This document shows, piece after piece, positions 55,134-63,165 of a stretch of 64,000 nt of DNA. The first letter of the stretch is position 1; each line of letters begins with the position of its first letter. The stretch is from contig SLKJ01000012.1 in the NCBI GenBank assembly GCA_007134675.1, forward strand, positions 6,513 to 70,512, written 5' to 3'. A program made the position numbers and the translations under genes. The notes beneath the pieces were generated by a model. It did no database searches, had not been told where the DNA came from, and worked only from the letters and a program-made list of their open reading frames with translations. Origin of the DNA: Bacteroidales bacterium (lineage in GTDB: Bacteria > Bacteroidota > Bacteroidia > Bacteroidales > PUMT01).

Positions 55134-56609
55134 ATGAATATTTTCCGATCTATCAACAAACCATACAAAATCACCACAAAGCTGGTCAACACAACAGCAA
55201 AAGCTGTTCTTCTGGCATTTCTGGTGACCGGCACACTGCCGGTTTTGCAGGCTCAGGTAAGTCAGACCGTTTATTTCATGGACAGGCTGCCACAGTCGTC
55301 GCTAATCAATCCCGCGATCCAGCATTATCATAATTTTCATATAGGATTGCCGGGTATATCTTCTCTCAATGTTAATGCGAGGACAAATTTTTTCAGCTTC
55401 AGTGACCTGATCTTTAAACATCCCCAGTATGACTCGCTGATATCCTTCCTGCATCCGGACGTTGATATAAGGAATTTTACATCCCGGCTAAGGGACAGGA
55501 ACACTATCGCTCCTGATCTACACGTAAATATTCTTTCCTTTGGGTTCAGGACAAACAGATCATTTGTCAGTTTCAATATTTCCGAAAGGGCTTCAACAAG
55601 GGCTAATTTGCCAAAGGATCTTGTTTTGCTCGGACTTCATGGAAATGAGCAGTTTATTGATAAAGAAGCTGACTTTACGAATATCGGCGTCGACATGAAT
55701 TATTTCAGGGAGTATGCTGCAGGGTTTTCATATCGTGTTGATGACAGGCTTAATGTGGGGGGAAGGGCAAAGCTCCTTTTCGGAAAGGCCAACCTTTCTT
55801 TTGCCGATAGTGATATAAACATCTACACCGATCCGGATAGTTATAACATGAGACTTCGGTCAAAATTCACAATGAACCTCTCAATGCCTGTTACTCTGGT
55901 AAAAGATGAGGATGGTGAAATAGAAGACATAATACCGCATTTTGATAATGACGGCTATGACCCCCTTGATTTTATTTTAAACAGTCGTAATGCAGGTTTT
56001 GCCCTGGATATCGGAGCAACCTACAGGATCATCGATCAGGTCACTGTTTATGCCAGTATAACAGATCTGGGATTCATAAACTGGAAACAGGATGTTTACA
56101 ACCTTACTATGGATGGTGATTTTGATTTCGATGGGATTGACCTTTCATCCCTTTTCAATTATGCCGATGATTCTGATCCTGCAGATAATCTTCTTGATTC
56201 ACTTAAAGGTATTTTCAGTATTGACGATACCCAAAATTCATTCAGCAGGGGACTGCCCACAAGGATCTATCTTGGCGGAACTTATGATCTTCACAGGACT
56301 TTTAGTCTGGGACTTCTGAGCCGTTCTGAAATATATCAGAATAATCTGGAACAGGCTCTTACCCTCTCAGGCAATCTTAACCTGGGAAGACGTTTATCAA
56401 CATCGGTTTCATATTCGATGATGAATAACAGCTATAATAACTTTGGAATGGGACTTTCGCTGCGTGGATTAATGTTTCAGTTTTATATGATTACAGATAA
56501 TCTGAATACCATTTTTTATCCTCACAGAACAAATAGTGTTAATTTGTGGTTCGGGTTTAACATGATGTTTGGACATGTTAAAAACATTCAGGCACTGCCT
56601 TCAAGGTAG
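55134..56609 (+). CDS. Predicted OM beta-barrel protein B2 (paralogue of B1, lacking the linker and SPOR tail)
   Basis: 491 aa from the ATG at 55134 (GTG at 55110 is an alternative). The signal peptide ends ..VLQAQ, followed by VYFMDRLPQSSLINPA. Of the first 69 mature residues, 54 are identical to B1 by hand alignment. The protein ends shortly after ..NLWFGFNMMFGH. Confidence 0.7.
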   Translation: MNIFRSINKPYKITTKLVNTTAKAVLLAFLVTGTLPVLQAQVSQTVYFMDRLPQSSLINPAIQHYHNFHIGLPGISSLNVNARTNFFSFSDLIFKHPQYDSLISFLHPDVDIRNFTSRLRDRNTIAPDLHVNILSFGFRTNRSFVSFNISERASTRANLPKDLVLLGLHGNEQFIDKEADFTNIGVDMNYFREYAAGFSYRVDDRLNVGGRAKLLFGKANLSFADSDINIYTDPDSYNMRLRSKFTMNLSMPVTLVKDEDGEIEDIIPHFDNDGYDPLDFILNSRNAGFALDIGATYRIIDQVTVYASITDLGFINWKQDVYNLTMDGDFDFDGIDLSSLFNYADDSDPADNLLDSLKGIFSIDDTQNSFSRGLPTRIYLGGTYDLHRTFSLGLLSRSEIYQNNLEQALTLSGNLNLGRRLSTSVSYSMMNNSYNNFGMGLSLRGLMFQFYMITDNLNTIFYPHRTNSVNLWFGFNMMFGHVKNIQALPSR

Positions 56610-56644
56610 CATTTAATCAGAAATACAAAACTTGTTTTACAGTT

Positions 56645-58750
56645 ATGAAAAAAAATATAATATCAAGACTCTGTATCTGTGCTATTCTCAGTTTTTATCT
56701 CTTCAGCTTAAACGCACAGGCTCCCTTTATACCTGTAAATCTGAGCTTAGCTATGGACTCTGAATATTCAGAAGTGAACCCTGTAATTTCCGTTGATGGA
56801 AAAACCCTGTTCTTCAGTCGTGTAAATCATCCGGAGAATCGATACGGAGAAAATGATTCCCAGGATGTCTGGTATATATCGCTTCAGGAAGATGGTACAT
56901 GGTCATCTGCACAACGTTTACCGGAAAGTGTAAATATTGGCAGATATAATGCCATCCTTTCAGCACTGGATGACGGGAGATCATACCTGATACTCGGACA
57001 ATTTAATAAAAGGGGTACTCTGCGTACTTCCAACGGATTCTCCATTATTGAGAAAACAGGTGATAACGAGTGGAGCATACCCCAACCAGTCAATGTCAGC
57101 CGATATAACAGGATTAGCAGGGGTAATGTCAGCAGCGCTTATATGACTCCCGATCGTGAGATTATATTACACGCTTTTTCAACAAGGCATAATCGTGACA
57201 GACTATCACTGCACGTTTCAAAACGAGTTAGTGAGAATAACTACTCAAGACCGGAAAAGATTGAGATTGGCAGCTACAACGACATTAAAGCCCAAAGCCT
57301 TGAGGCGCCATTCCTGACAGAGGATAAAAACCGTCTTTACTTCTCCGCCAATTTTGGTGAGGACCGGGATGAACATAGTATTTTTTACGTAGACAGAGTT
57401 GATGAAACCTTCCGGAACTGGACGGCACCAACAAAGGTTTCTGATACTGTTAATACACCTTACTGGGATTCTTACTTCAAAATGAATTCTGATGAGAATA
57501 TAGCATGGTTTAGCTCCACATCCGGCCCTTCTGGCAAAGCCGATATTTTTATGGTAAAACTATTTGAAAAGTTTCCTTTTCTTAAGGTTCAGGGGCAGAT
57601 CGTAGACACATTAACCGGATTGCCCATTCCGTTTACCCGTAATCCTGAAATTCTTATAAATGGTGAGCTATCCGACTCTGTTGTATATGATTACATGTCA
57701 GGATCTTTCCATGCTACCCTTCCGTTAGGTGAGAGCTACACTTTTACCGGAAGGGCTGATAATTTCAAATCAAAATCTGTGAATGTTGATGTAAGCAGTG
57801 AGGAGTTATTTACCGAGAAAGAGATTTTCCTGCATCTTAAATCTGTCCCCTGGGTTGAGTTGAGCGGTAATGTGCTGGATAACAGGTCTTTTACGCCCAT
57901 AAGCTTAGAGTACAGGCCCAGGTTAATTATTAATGGTGAAACTGTCGATTCAATTGATATTGATCCTGTAAACGGCAGTTTTTCTGTCAGGTTGCCATTT
58001 GGGAGAAACTATATCATGGGTGTTGATGCTGATAAGTACAAAACTTTGGATGTTAAAGTTGATCTGACATCATATGAATCCTTTGCTGCCATAACTCAAA
58101 ATGTATTTGCTGAACTGATGGATGTTAATATGGTAACCTTACAGGGGAGAATTATTAATACTAAAACAGGTATGCAACTTGAAGAGGGATATGATGTCAG
58201 GATGCTTGTAAACGGTATTGAATCATCAGCGTTCGAATATGACACTGAAAAGGCCGGTTACATGCTCAGGTTACCGGTGGGGTTTAATTATGATTTGATA
58301 CCAAGGTTGATTAATTTTTACAACAGGCTTGAAACCGTTGATTTAACCAGTGCAGAAAGCATGAGAACAATAAGACGCGATTTCTATGTTACTCCCTTAG
58401 AGATCGGTCAATCTGTTGAGATAGAAAATATTTACTTTGAAACGGGCAGAGCTGTATTAAAACCCGAGTCTTTCCGATCTCTGAATGCTATAGTTGAATT
58501 TCTGAAGGAGTATCCTAATGTAGTTTTGGAGATTGGTGGTCATACCGATAATGTAGGGTCAGCTGAGGTGAATCAGAGAATATCAAATGAGAGGGCCTTT
58601 GCAGTAACTGAGTACGTTGTTTCTCAAGGAATAGGAAAAGAGAGAGTTGTTTCAAAAGGATATGGCTTTTCAAAACCAATAGCCAGTAATACAACAGAGG
58701 AGGGAAGAAGGAGGAACCGGCGCGTTGATTTTACCATAATCGGCTTATAG
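56645..58750 (+). CDS. OmpA-family peptidoglycan-binding protein with PD40/TolB-like propeller and carboxypeptidase-regulatory-like domains (PorE-like architecture)
   Basis: 701 aa with a signal peptide. The N-terminal region has PD40-like repeats (SEVNPVISVDGKTLFFSR; EAPFLTEDKNRLYFSA). Three CRD-like units follow (LKVQGQIVDTLTGLPIP; VELSGNVLDNRSFTPIS; VTLQGRIINTKTGMQLE). The C-terminal OmpA_C is IENIYFETGRAVLKPES ... LEIGGHTDNVGSAEVNQRISNERA ... NRRVDFTI. Confidence 0.75.
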   Translation: MKKNIISRLCICAILSFYLFSLNAQAPFIPVNLSLAMDSEYSEVNPVISVDGKTLFFSRVNHPENRYGENDSQDVWYISLQEDGTWSSAQRLPESVNIGRYNAILSALDDGRSYLILGQFNKRGTLRTSNGFSIIEKTGDNEWSIPQPVNVSRYNRISRGNVSSAYMTPDREIILHAFSTRHNRDRLSLHVSKRVSENNYSRPEKIEIGSYNDIKAQSLEAPFLTEDKNRLYFSANFGEDRDEHSIFYVDRVDETFRNWTAPTKVSDTVNTPYWDSYFKMNSDENIAWFSSTSGPSGKADIFMVKLFEKFPFLKVQGQIVDTLTGLPIPFTRNPEILINGELSDSVVYDYMSGSFHATLPLGESYTFTGRADNFKSKSVNVDVSSEELFTEKEIFLHLKSVPWVELSGNVLDNRSFTPISLEYRPRLIINGETVDSIDIDPVNGSFSVRLPFGRNYIMGVDADKYKTLDVKVDLTSYESFAAITQNVFAELMDVNMVTLQGRIINTKTGMQLEEGYDVRMLVNGIESSAFEYDTEKAGYMLRLPVGFNYDLIPRLINFYNRLETVDLTSAESMRTIRRDFYVTPLEIGQSVEIENIYFETGRAVLKPESFRSLNAIVEFLKEYPNVVLEIGGHTDNVGSAEVNQRISNERAFAVTEYVVSQGIGKERVVSKGYGFSKPIASNTTEEGRRRNRRVDFTIIGL

Positions 58751-58825
58751 TCCGGATTACGTTTCACCGCTCAGGTGAATTAAGAAACAGGGCTCCTAAA
58801 ATATTTTCTTTATGTGATCCCGCTT

Positions 58826-58866
58826 CCTTTCTGCCCGTAAAATTATTAACTTTACGGGCAGAAAGG
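58826..58866 (+). terminator. Strong hairpin: 16-bp perfect stem CCTTTCTGCCCGTAAA / TTTACGGGCAGAAAGG with 9-nt loop
   Basis: Read directly. The arms are 58826-58841 and 58851-58866. The hairpin sits 75 nt after the OmpA-family stop and ends 3-9 nt before the possible starts (TTG 58870 / ATG 58876) of the next gene. It is followed by GGTTTGG. Confidence 0.5.
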
Positions 58867-58875
58867 GGTTTGGTA

Positions 58876-59142
58876 ATGGGATTAATCCGTTTTGCAATTA
58901 TATTTTTCCTGGTATATTTTCTTATCAGTTTGTTTTCCAGGTATGTGCTTCCTTTTATTATGAGGTTTTTTTTCCGCAGGATGTCAGAGAGGGTGAGGAG
59001 AGACCTTGAGAATAAAATGCGTGACAGGAATAAGAGGGAGAGAGAAGGGGAGGTCACAATAAGATACAAACCCCGTGACAGTAAAATTATTACAGAGGAT
59101 GATGGTGAATATATTGATTATGAGGAGTTAGATGACAAATAG
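58876..59142 (+). CDS. Small membrane protein, DUF4834-like
   Basis: 88 aa from the ATG at 58876. It has an N-terminal TM (LIRFAIIFFLVYFLISLF), a basic middle, and an acidic tail GEYIDYEELDDK typical of this small Bacteroidota family. Confidence 0.5.
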   Translation: MGLIRFAIIFFLVYFLISLFSRYVLPFIMRFFFRRMSERVRRDLENKMRDRNKREREGEVTIRYKPRDSKIITEDDGEYIDYEELDDK

Positions 59143-59194
59143 CATGCAGATAAAACACCCTTCTCCCGGTACTCCTTAACTCAAACTGTACTTT

Positions 59195-61807
59195 ATGCGA
59201 ATTAAAACAGCACTTAAAGCAATTGCGGGGAAATCGGTTCCTCATTTCATTGCGGTAGTCCTTTTCCTGTTCATATCACTTGCCTATTTCTATCCCCTGC
59301 TTGAAGGAAAGACACTGAAGCAGCCCGACATAATCCAGTTCCGCGGCATGGCCCAGGAGATAGTTGAATACCGGGCGGAGACCGGCGAGGAGGCGTTATG
59401 GACAAACTCCATGTTTGGCGGGATGCCGGCTTATCTGATCTCCATCAGGTATCCCTACAATCTTGTCAGGTATATTGACCGGTTTTTATCACTTGGCCTG
59501 CCCCTGCCGGCAAAATATCTTTTTCTCAGTCTCGTGGGTTTTTATATATTACTACTTGCATTCAGGGTCAATCCATGGCTCAGCCTGGCAGGAGCAATTG
59601 CCTTCAGTTTCTCGACCTATTTTTTTATTATTGAAGCCGCAGGACATAATACCAAGGCTCATGCCATGAGTTATATGGCACCCCTGCTGGCGGGAATTGT
59701 GCTTGCCTTCAGGGGCAAGGTGCTTCTGGGATGTGTACTGACAGGGTTGTTTCTGGCCCTCCAGATCTATGCCAATCATCTTCAGATAACCTATTACACT
59801 TTCCTTATCGTCCTGGTTTACGGCATTTTTGAGATGGTAAATTCCATCAGAAAAAAAATGCTGCCTCAGTTCTTCAGGACTGTCCTGATACTGGCCGTTC
59901 CCGTTATTTTTGCCGTGGGGACCAACTTTACCAATATGTACCTTATATGGGAGTATGGGAAGTATTCGATGCGCGGACCCTCCGAGCTTACCAGCAATGA
60001 GGATGTCCGTACTTCGGGACTGGACAAGGATTATATACTGAATGATTACAGCTACGGCATTGCTGAGACAATGAACCTGTTCATACCCAATTTCAAGGGT
60101 GCTGCTTCCAGTTACGATATCGGAACCAACTCAGAGGTTTACAGGGTGCTTAACCAACAGGGAGTACCGGGAGCCAGAGATATAGTTTCAGGGGCACCCC
60201 TTTACTGGGGAGGGCAGCTTTTTACGGCCGGGCCTGTCTATATAGGGGCCTCGGTTATATTCTTTTTTGTGCTTGGGCTTTTTGTTCTTAAAGGCCGGTA
60301 TAAATGGTGGCTGCTGACTGCTACAATTCTTTCAATTACACTTGCCTGGGGAAAAAATTTCATGTTTCTTTCAGAGCTTTTTATTGACTATTTCCCGGGT
60401 TATGACAGGTTTCGTACCGTTTCGATGACACTTGTCATTGCCCAGCTTACCATTCCTTTGCTGGCAATTCTGGCAATCAGGGAGATAATTCTCAGGGCAA
60501 CTTCCGCAGAAATAAAGGATAAACTGAAAAAATCCCTCTATATCGCTGGTGGTGTTGCACTGTTCTTTGCTCTTATACCTGGATCTGTACTCAGCTTTAC
60601 CGGAGATATTGATCAGCGGCTACTGGCAATGGGCTGGCCTGACTTTCTGGTTGATGCTCTGCAAAAGGACAGGATTAGATTGCTGAGGACCGATGCTTTT
60701 CGTTCGCTTGTTTTTGTTTTACTGGGGGGGGGACTGGTCTGGTTGTTCCTTCTGAATAAAATCCAGGCCAAATGGTTTGCTATTGCTGTTGCCCTTCTGT
60801 TTCTTACAGATCTGTGGTCTGTGGGCAGAAGATTTCTTGACAGCGACGACTTTGTAGCACAGAGGCATGTCACACAGCCATTCCTTCCCAATGAAGCTGA
60901 TGTTATCATCATGAGGGATGATGATCCGCACTACAGGGTATACAACACAACACGAAGTCCTTTTAACGATGCCATAACCTCATTCCATCACAAATCGATC
61001 GGCGGATACCACGGGGCTAAATTGGGCCGTTACCAGGATCTGATTGACTATCATCTGAACCAGCATAATATGGATGTATTTAATATGCTTAATACCAGGT
61101 ACTTCATCCGTCCAGGTGAGGAGGGCAGGCCCCAGCCTTTTCGGAATCCCGATGCACTGGGCAATGCATGGTTTGTTGATAGGGTCAGGATTGTCGAAAA
61201 TCCCGATGAGGAGATTGAAGCGCTTTATGATTTTGATCCTGCCAGGGAAGCGATAGTGGACCGGCGTTTTGAGGATTTCGTAAGGGGTGTGTTACCTTTC
61301 GGGGAAAATGAAACTGAAAACGATGGTGAAACCGGCGACCCTCAAACCGGAGAACTGCAGACCGGCGATCCTCAGACCGACGACCTGCAAACCGTCGAAC
61401 CACAAACCCCCGAACCGCAAACCGACGACCTGCAAACTGATGACCGAATACAGCTTACCAGTTACAGTCCCAATAACCTGAAATACCTTTCAGTGACAGA
61501 TAAAGAGAGAATTGCGGTATTCTCTGAAATATACTATGATGCCGGATGGAGGGCCTATATAAATGGCCAGTACACTGACCATTTCCGGGTCAACTATGTC
61601 CTGAGGGCCATGGTCGTTCCTCCCGGTGAAAATGAGATAGAGTTCAGGTTCAGGCCAAGGGGATATTTTGTCGGAGAATGGATTTCACTTGTAAGCTCTC
61701 TGATGCTGATAATTTTTTCGGTGGGACTTCTGTGGCGGGAGCTGAAGGAGTATTCAGAAGAACACCTGGTAAATACCGGTCAGATTGCTGAACCGGAAAA
61801 AAGTTAA
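59195..61807 (+). CDS. Large polytopic membrane protein, YfhO-like (putative glycosyltransferase-type)
   Basis: 870 aa with >10 TM helices in the first ~560 aa, then a soluble domain and a final TM. The N-terminal pattern (YFYPLLEGKTLKQPDIIQFRGMAQE ... WTNSMFGGMPAY) is as I recall for Bacteroidota YfhO-family proteins. It contains a 15-bp repeat array. Confidence 0.5.
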   Translation: MRIKTALKAIAGKSVPHFIAVVLFLFISLAYFYPLLEGKTLKQPDIIQFRGMAQEIVEYRAETGEEALWTNSMFGGMPAYLISIRYPYNLVRYIDRFLSLGLPLPAKYLFLSLVGFYILLLAFRVNPWLSLAGAIAFSFSTYFFIIEAAGHNTKAHAMSYMAPLLAGIVLAFRGKVLLGCVLTGLFLALQIYANHLQITYYTFLIVLVYGIFEMVNSIRKKMLPQFFRTVLILAVPVIFAVGTNFTNMYLIWEYGKYSMRGPSELTSNEDVRTSGLDKDYILNDYSYGIAETMNLFIPNFKGAASSYDIGTNSEVYRVLNQQGVPGARDIVSGAPLYWGGQLFTAGPVYIGASVIFFFVLGLFVLKGRYKWWLLTATILSITLAWGKNFMFLSELFIDYFPGYDRFRTVSMTLVIAQLTIPLLAILAIREIILRATSAEIKDKLKKSLYIAGGVALFFALIPGSVLSFTGDIDQRLLAMGWPDFLVDALQKDRIRLLRTDAFRSLVFVLLGGGLVWLFLLNKIQAKWFAIAVALLFLTDLWSVGRRFLDSDDFVAQRHVTQPFLPNEADVIIMRDDDPHYRVYNTTRSPFNDAITSFHHKSIGGYHGAKLGRYQDLIDYHLNQHNMDVFNMLNTRYFIRPGEEGRPQPFRNPDALGNAWFVDRVRIVENPDEEIEALYDFDPAREAIVDRRFEDFVRGVLPFGENETENDGETGDPQTGELQTGDPQTDDLQTVEPQTPEPQTDDLQTDDRIQLTSYSPNNLKYLSVTDKERIAVFSEIYYDAGWRAYINGQYTDHFRVNYVLRAMVVPPGENEIEFRFRPRGYFVGEWISLVSSLMLIIFSVGLLWRELKEYSEEHLVNTGQIAEPEKS
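61331..61450 (+). repeat. 15-bp in-frame tandem repeat x8 (ACCGGCGACCCTCAA-type) encoding TGDPQ/TGELQ/TDDLQ/TVEPQ/TPEPQ
   Basis: Read directly. The units are codon-aligned from 61331, and units 4 and 7 (ACCGACGACCTGCAA) are identical. Confidence 0.9.
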
Positions 61808-61858
61808 ACCGGGTCCATATACCGGTCCTGCAGTATTATTAATTTCAAAATCAAGGTC

Positions 61859-62323
61859 ATGCAACCAAAAACAGATCTTAAACAGAAGGAGATTGAAGAT
61901 ATTCTCGACAGGTGTGATGCCTGTTATCTCGGGATGGTAGAAGAGGACGGTGTGCCCTATGTATTACCGTTTAATTTCGGTTACCATGAGGGCAATCTTT
62001 ACCTTCACGGCGGACCCGGTGGAAAAAAGTTTAAGGTGCTCAAGGGAAACAACAGGGCCTGTGCCGCGTTCAGTACTGACCATGAACTGAGGGGAAGGCA
62101 TGAGCATGTTGCCTGCAGTTATTTTATGAAGTACCGCTCTGTCCTCCTGCACGGGTATATCGAGATGATAGAGGATTACGACGAAAAGGTCAGGGCCCTG
62201 AATATCATCATGAAGAAATATACCGGCAAGGGGGATTTCAAGTATAATTCGCCGGCAGTGAACAACGTGCAGACCTTCAGGCTTATGGTTGAAAAGACTG
62301 AAGGACGCTCTTTCGGATATTAA
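61859..62323 (+). CDS. Pyridoxamine 5'-phosphate oxidase-family FMN-binding protein (split-barrel)
   Basis: 154 aa. The sequence ILDRCDACYLGMVEEDGVPYVLPFNFGYHEGNLYLHG ... HELRGRHEHVACSYFMKYRSVLLHG follows the PNPOx-like/Nim-like pattern. Confidence 0.6.
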   Translation: MQPKTDLKQKEIEDILDRCDACYLGMVEEDGVPYVLPFNFGYHEGNLYLHGGPGGKKFKVLKGNNRACAAFSTDHELRGRHEHVACSYFMKYRSVLLHGYIEMIEDYDEKVRALNIIMKKYTGKGDFKYNSPAVNNVQTFRLMVEKTEGRSFGY

Positions 62324-62367
62324 ATTGCCGGGTGTTGCAAGGGGTCTGATTAAATTGCCGGGTGTTG
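62319..62367. repeat. 19-bp direct repeat ATTAAATTGCCGGGTGTTG x2 (30-bp period)
   Basis: Read directly. The copies are at 62319-62337 and 62349-62367. The first overlaps the stop codon of the PNPOx-like gene. The repeat lies between convergent genes. Confidence 0.8.
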
Positions 62368-62403
62368 AATTTCGTTTAAATTATTGAGGGTTTAAATCAG
62401 TTT

Positions 62404-63165
62404 TCACCGGCTTTCATCAGTATTCCTGATCTGCTTTACCAGCCTTGTAGCAAAAACAAAATCGTTCAGTTCCCGGTTTTGGGTATCAAATACCTCTTTA
62501 TTGATCCCTTCCCACCATTTCCGCCCTTCGTGAATGAAAACCACTTTTTCCCCTATCTCCATAACCGAGTTCAGATCATGAGTATTGACGATGGTTGTCA
62601 TGTTGAAATCATCGGTGATATCTTTTATAAGCTTGTCAATCATTATTGCGGTCTGGGGATCAAGACCGCTGTTGGGCTCATCACAGAAAAGGTAGCGGGG
62701 GTTCAGAACTATGGCACGGGCTATGGCAACCCTTTTTTTCATTCCTCCGCTCAGCTCTGAAGGGTATAGTTTGTTTTTCCCCTCAAGATTAACCCTTGTC
62801 AGACAGAAATTGACCCTCTCCTTCTTCTCCGCATTGCTCATGGTGGTGAACATATCGAGCTTGAACCTAACGTTTTCTTCCACGCTAAGTGAATCAAAAA
62901 GTGCAGCACCCTGGAAGAGCATCCCGAATTTCTGCCTCATCTGCTTTTTCTTCTTATTTCCCATGGTGGTGAAGCACTGACCGCTGTAGAAAATATCTCC
63001 GCTGTCAACCCCGAGCAGCCCAACAATGCATTTTAACAGGACGGTCTTTCCCGATCCGCTCTTTCCAATTATCAGGTTTGTTTTGCCCTGCTCAAACCCG
63101 ACCGAGATGTCATGCAGTATCTGCTGGTCATCAAATGATTTGTTTATGTTGCGGACTTCAATCAT
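62404..63165 (-). CDS. mlaF: ABC transporter ATP-binding protein, MlaF-like
   Basis: 253 aa. Walker A is GKSGSGKT, the signature is LSGGMKKRV, and Walker B is LFCDEP. It overlaps the upstream MlaE-like permease gene by 4 nt. Confidence 0.7.
   Translation of the reverse strand: MIEVRNINKSFDDQQILHDISVGFEQGKTNLIIGKSGSGKTVLLKCIVGLLGVDSGDIFYSGQCFTTMGNKKKKQMRQKFGMLFQGAALFDSLSVEENVRFKLDMFTTMSNAEKKERVNFCLTRVNLEGKNKLYPSELSGGMKKRVAIARAIVLNPRYLFCDEPNSGLDPQTAIMIDKLIKDITDDFNMTTIVNTHDLNSVMEIGEKVVFIHEGRKWWEGINKEVFDTQNRELNDFVFATRLVKQIRNTDESR

Noticed and set aside
45857-58750. Envelope locus as a horizontally acquired genomic island or mobile element
   Set aside because: There is no integrase, transposase, tRNA or flanking direct repeats. 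My hand GC counts on sample 60-nt lines were inconsistent: 30/60 at 49001, 23/60 at 57001 and 26/60 at 58001, against 36/60 at 8401, 26/60 at 9001 and 32/60 at 12001. These counts do not support a compositional island, and a proper sliding-window analysis is needed.
58764-59069. 101-aa minus-strand ORF
   Set aside because: It spans the 16-bp hairpin and is antisense to the DUF4834-like gene. It has no motif and an implausible context.
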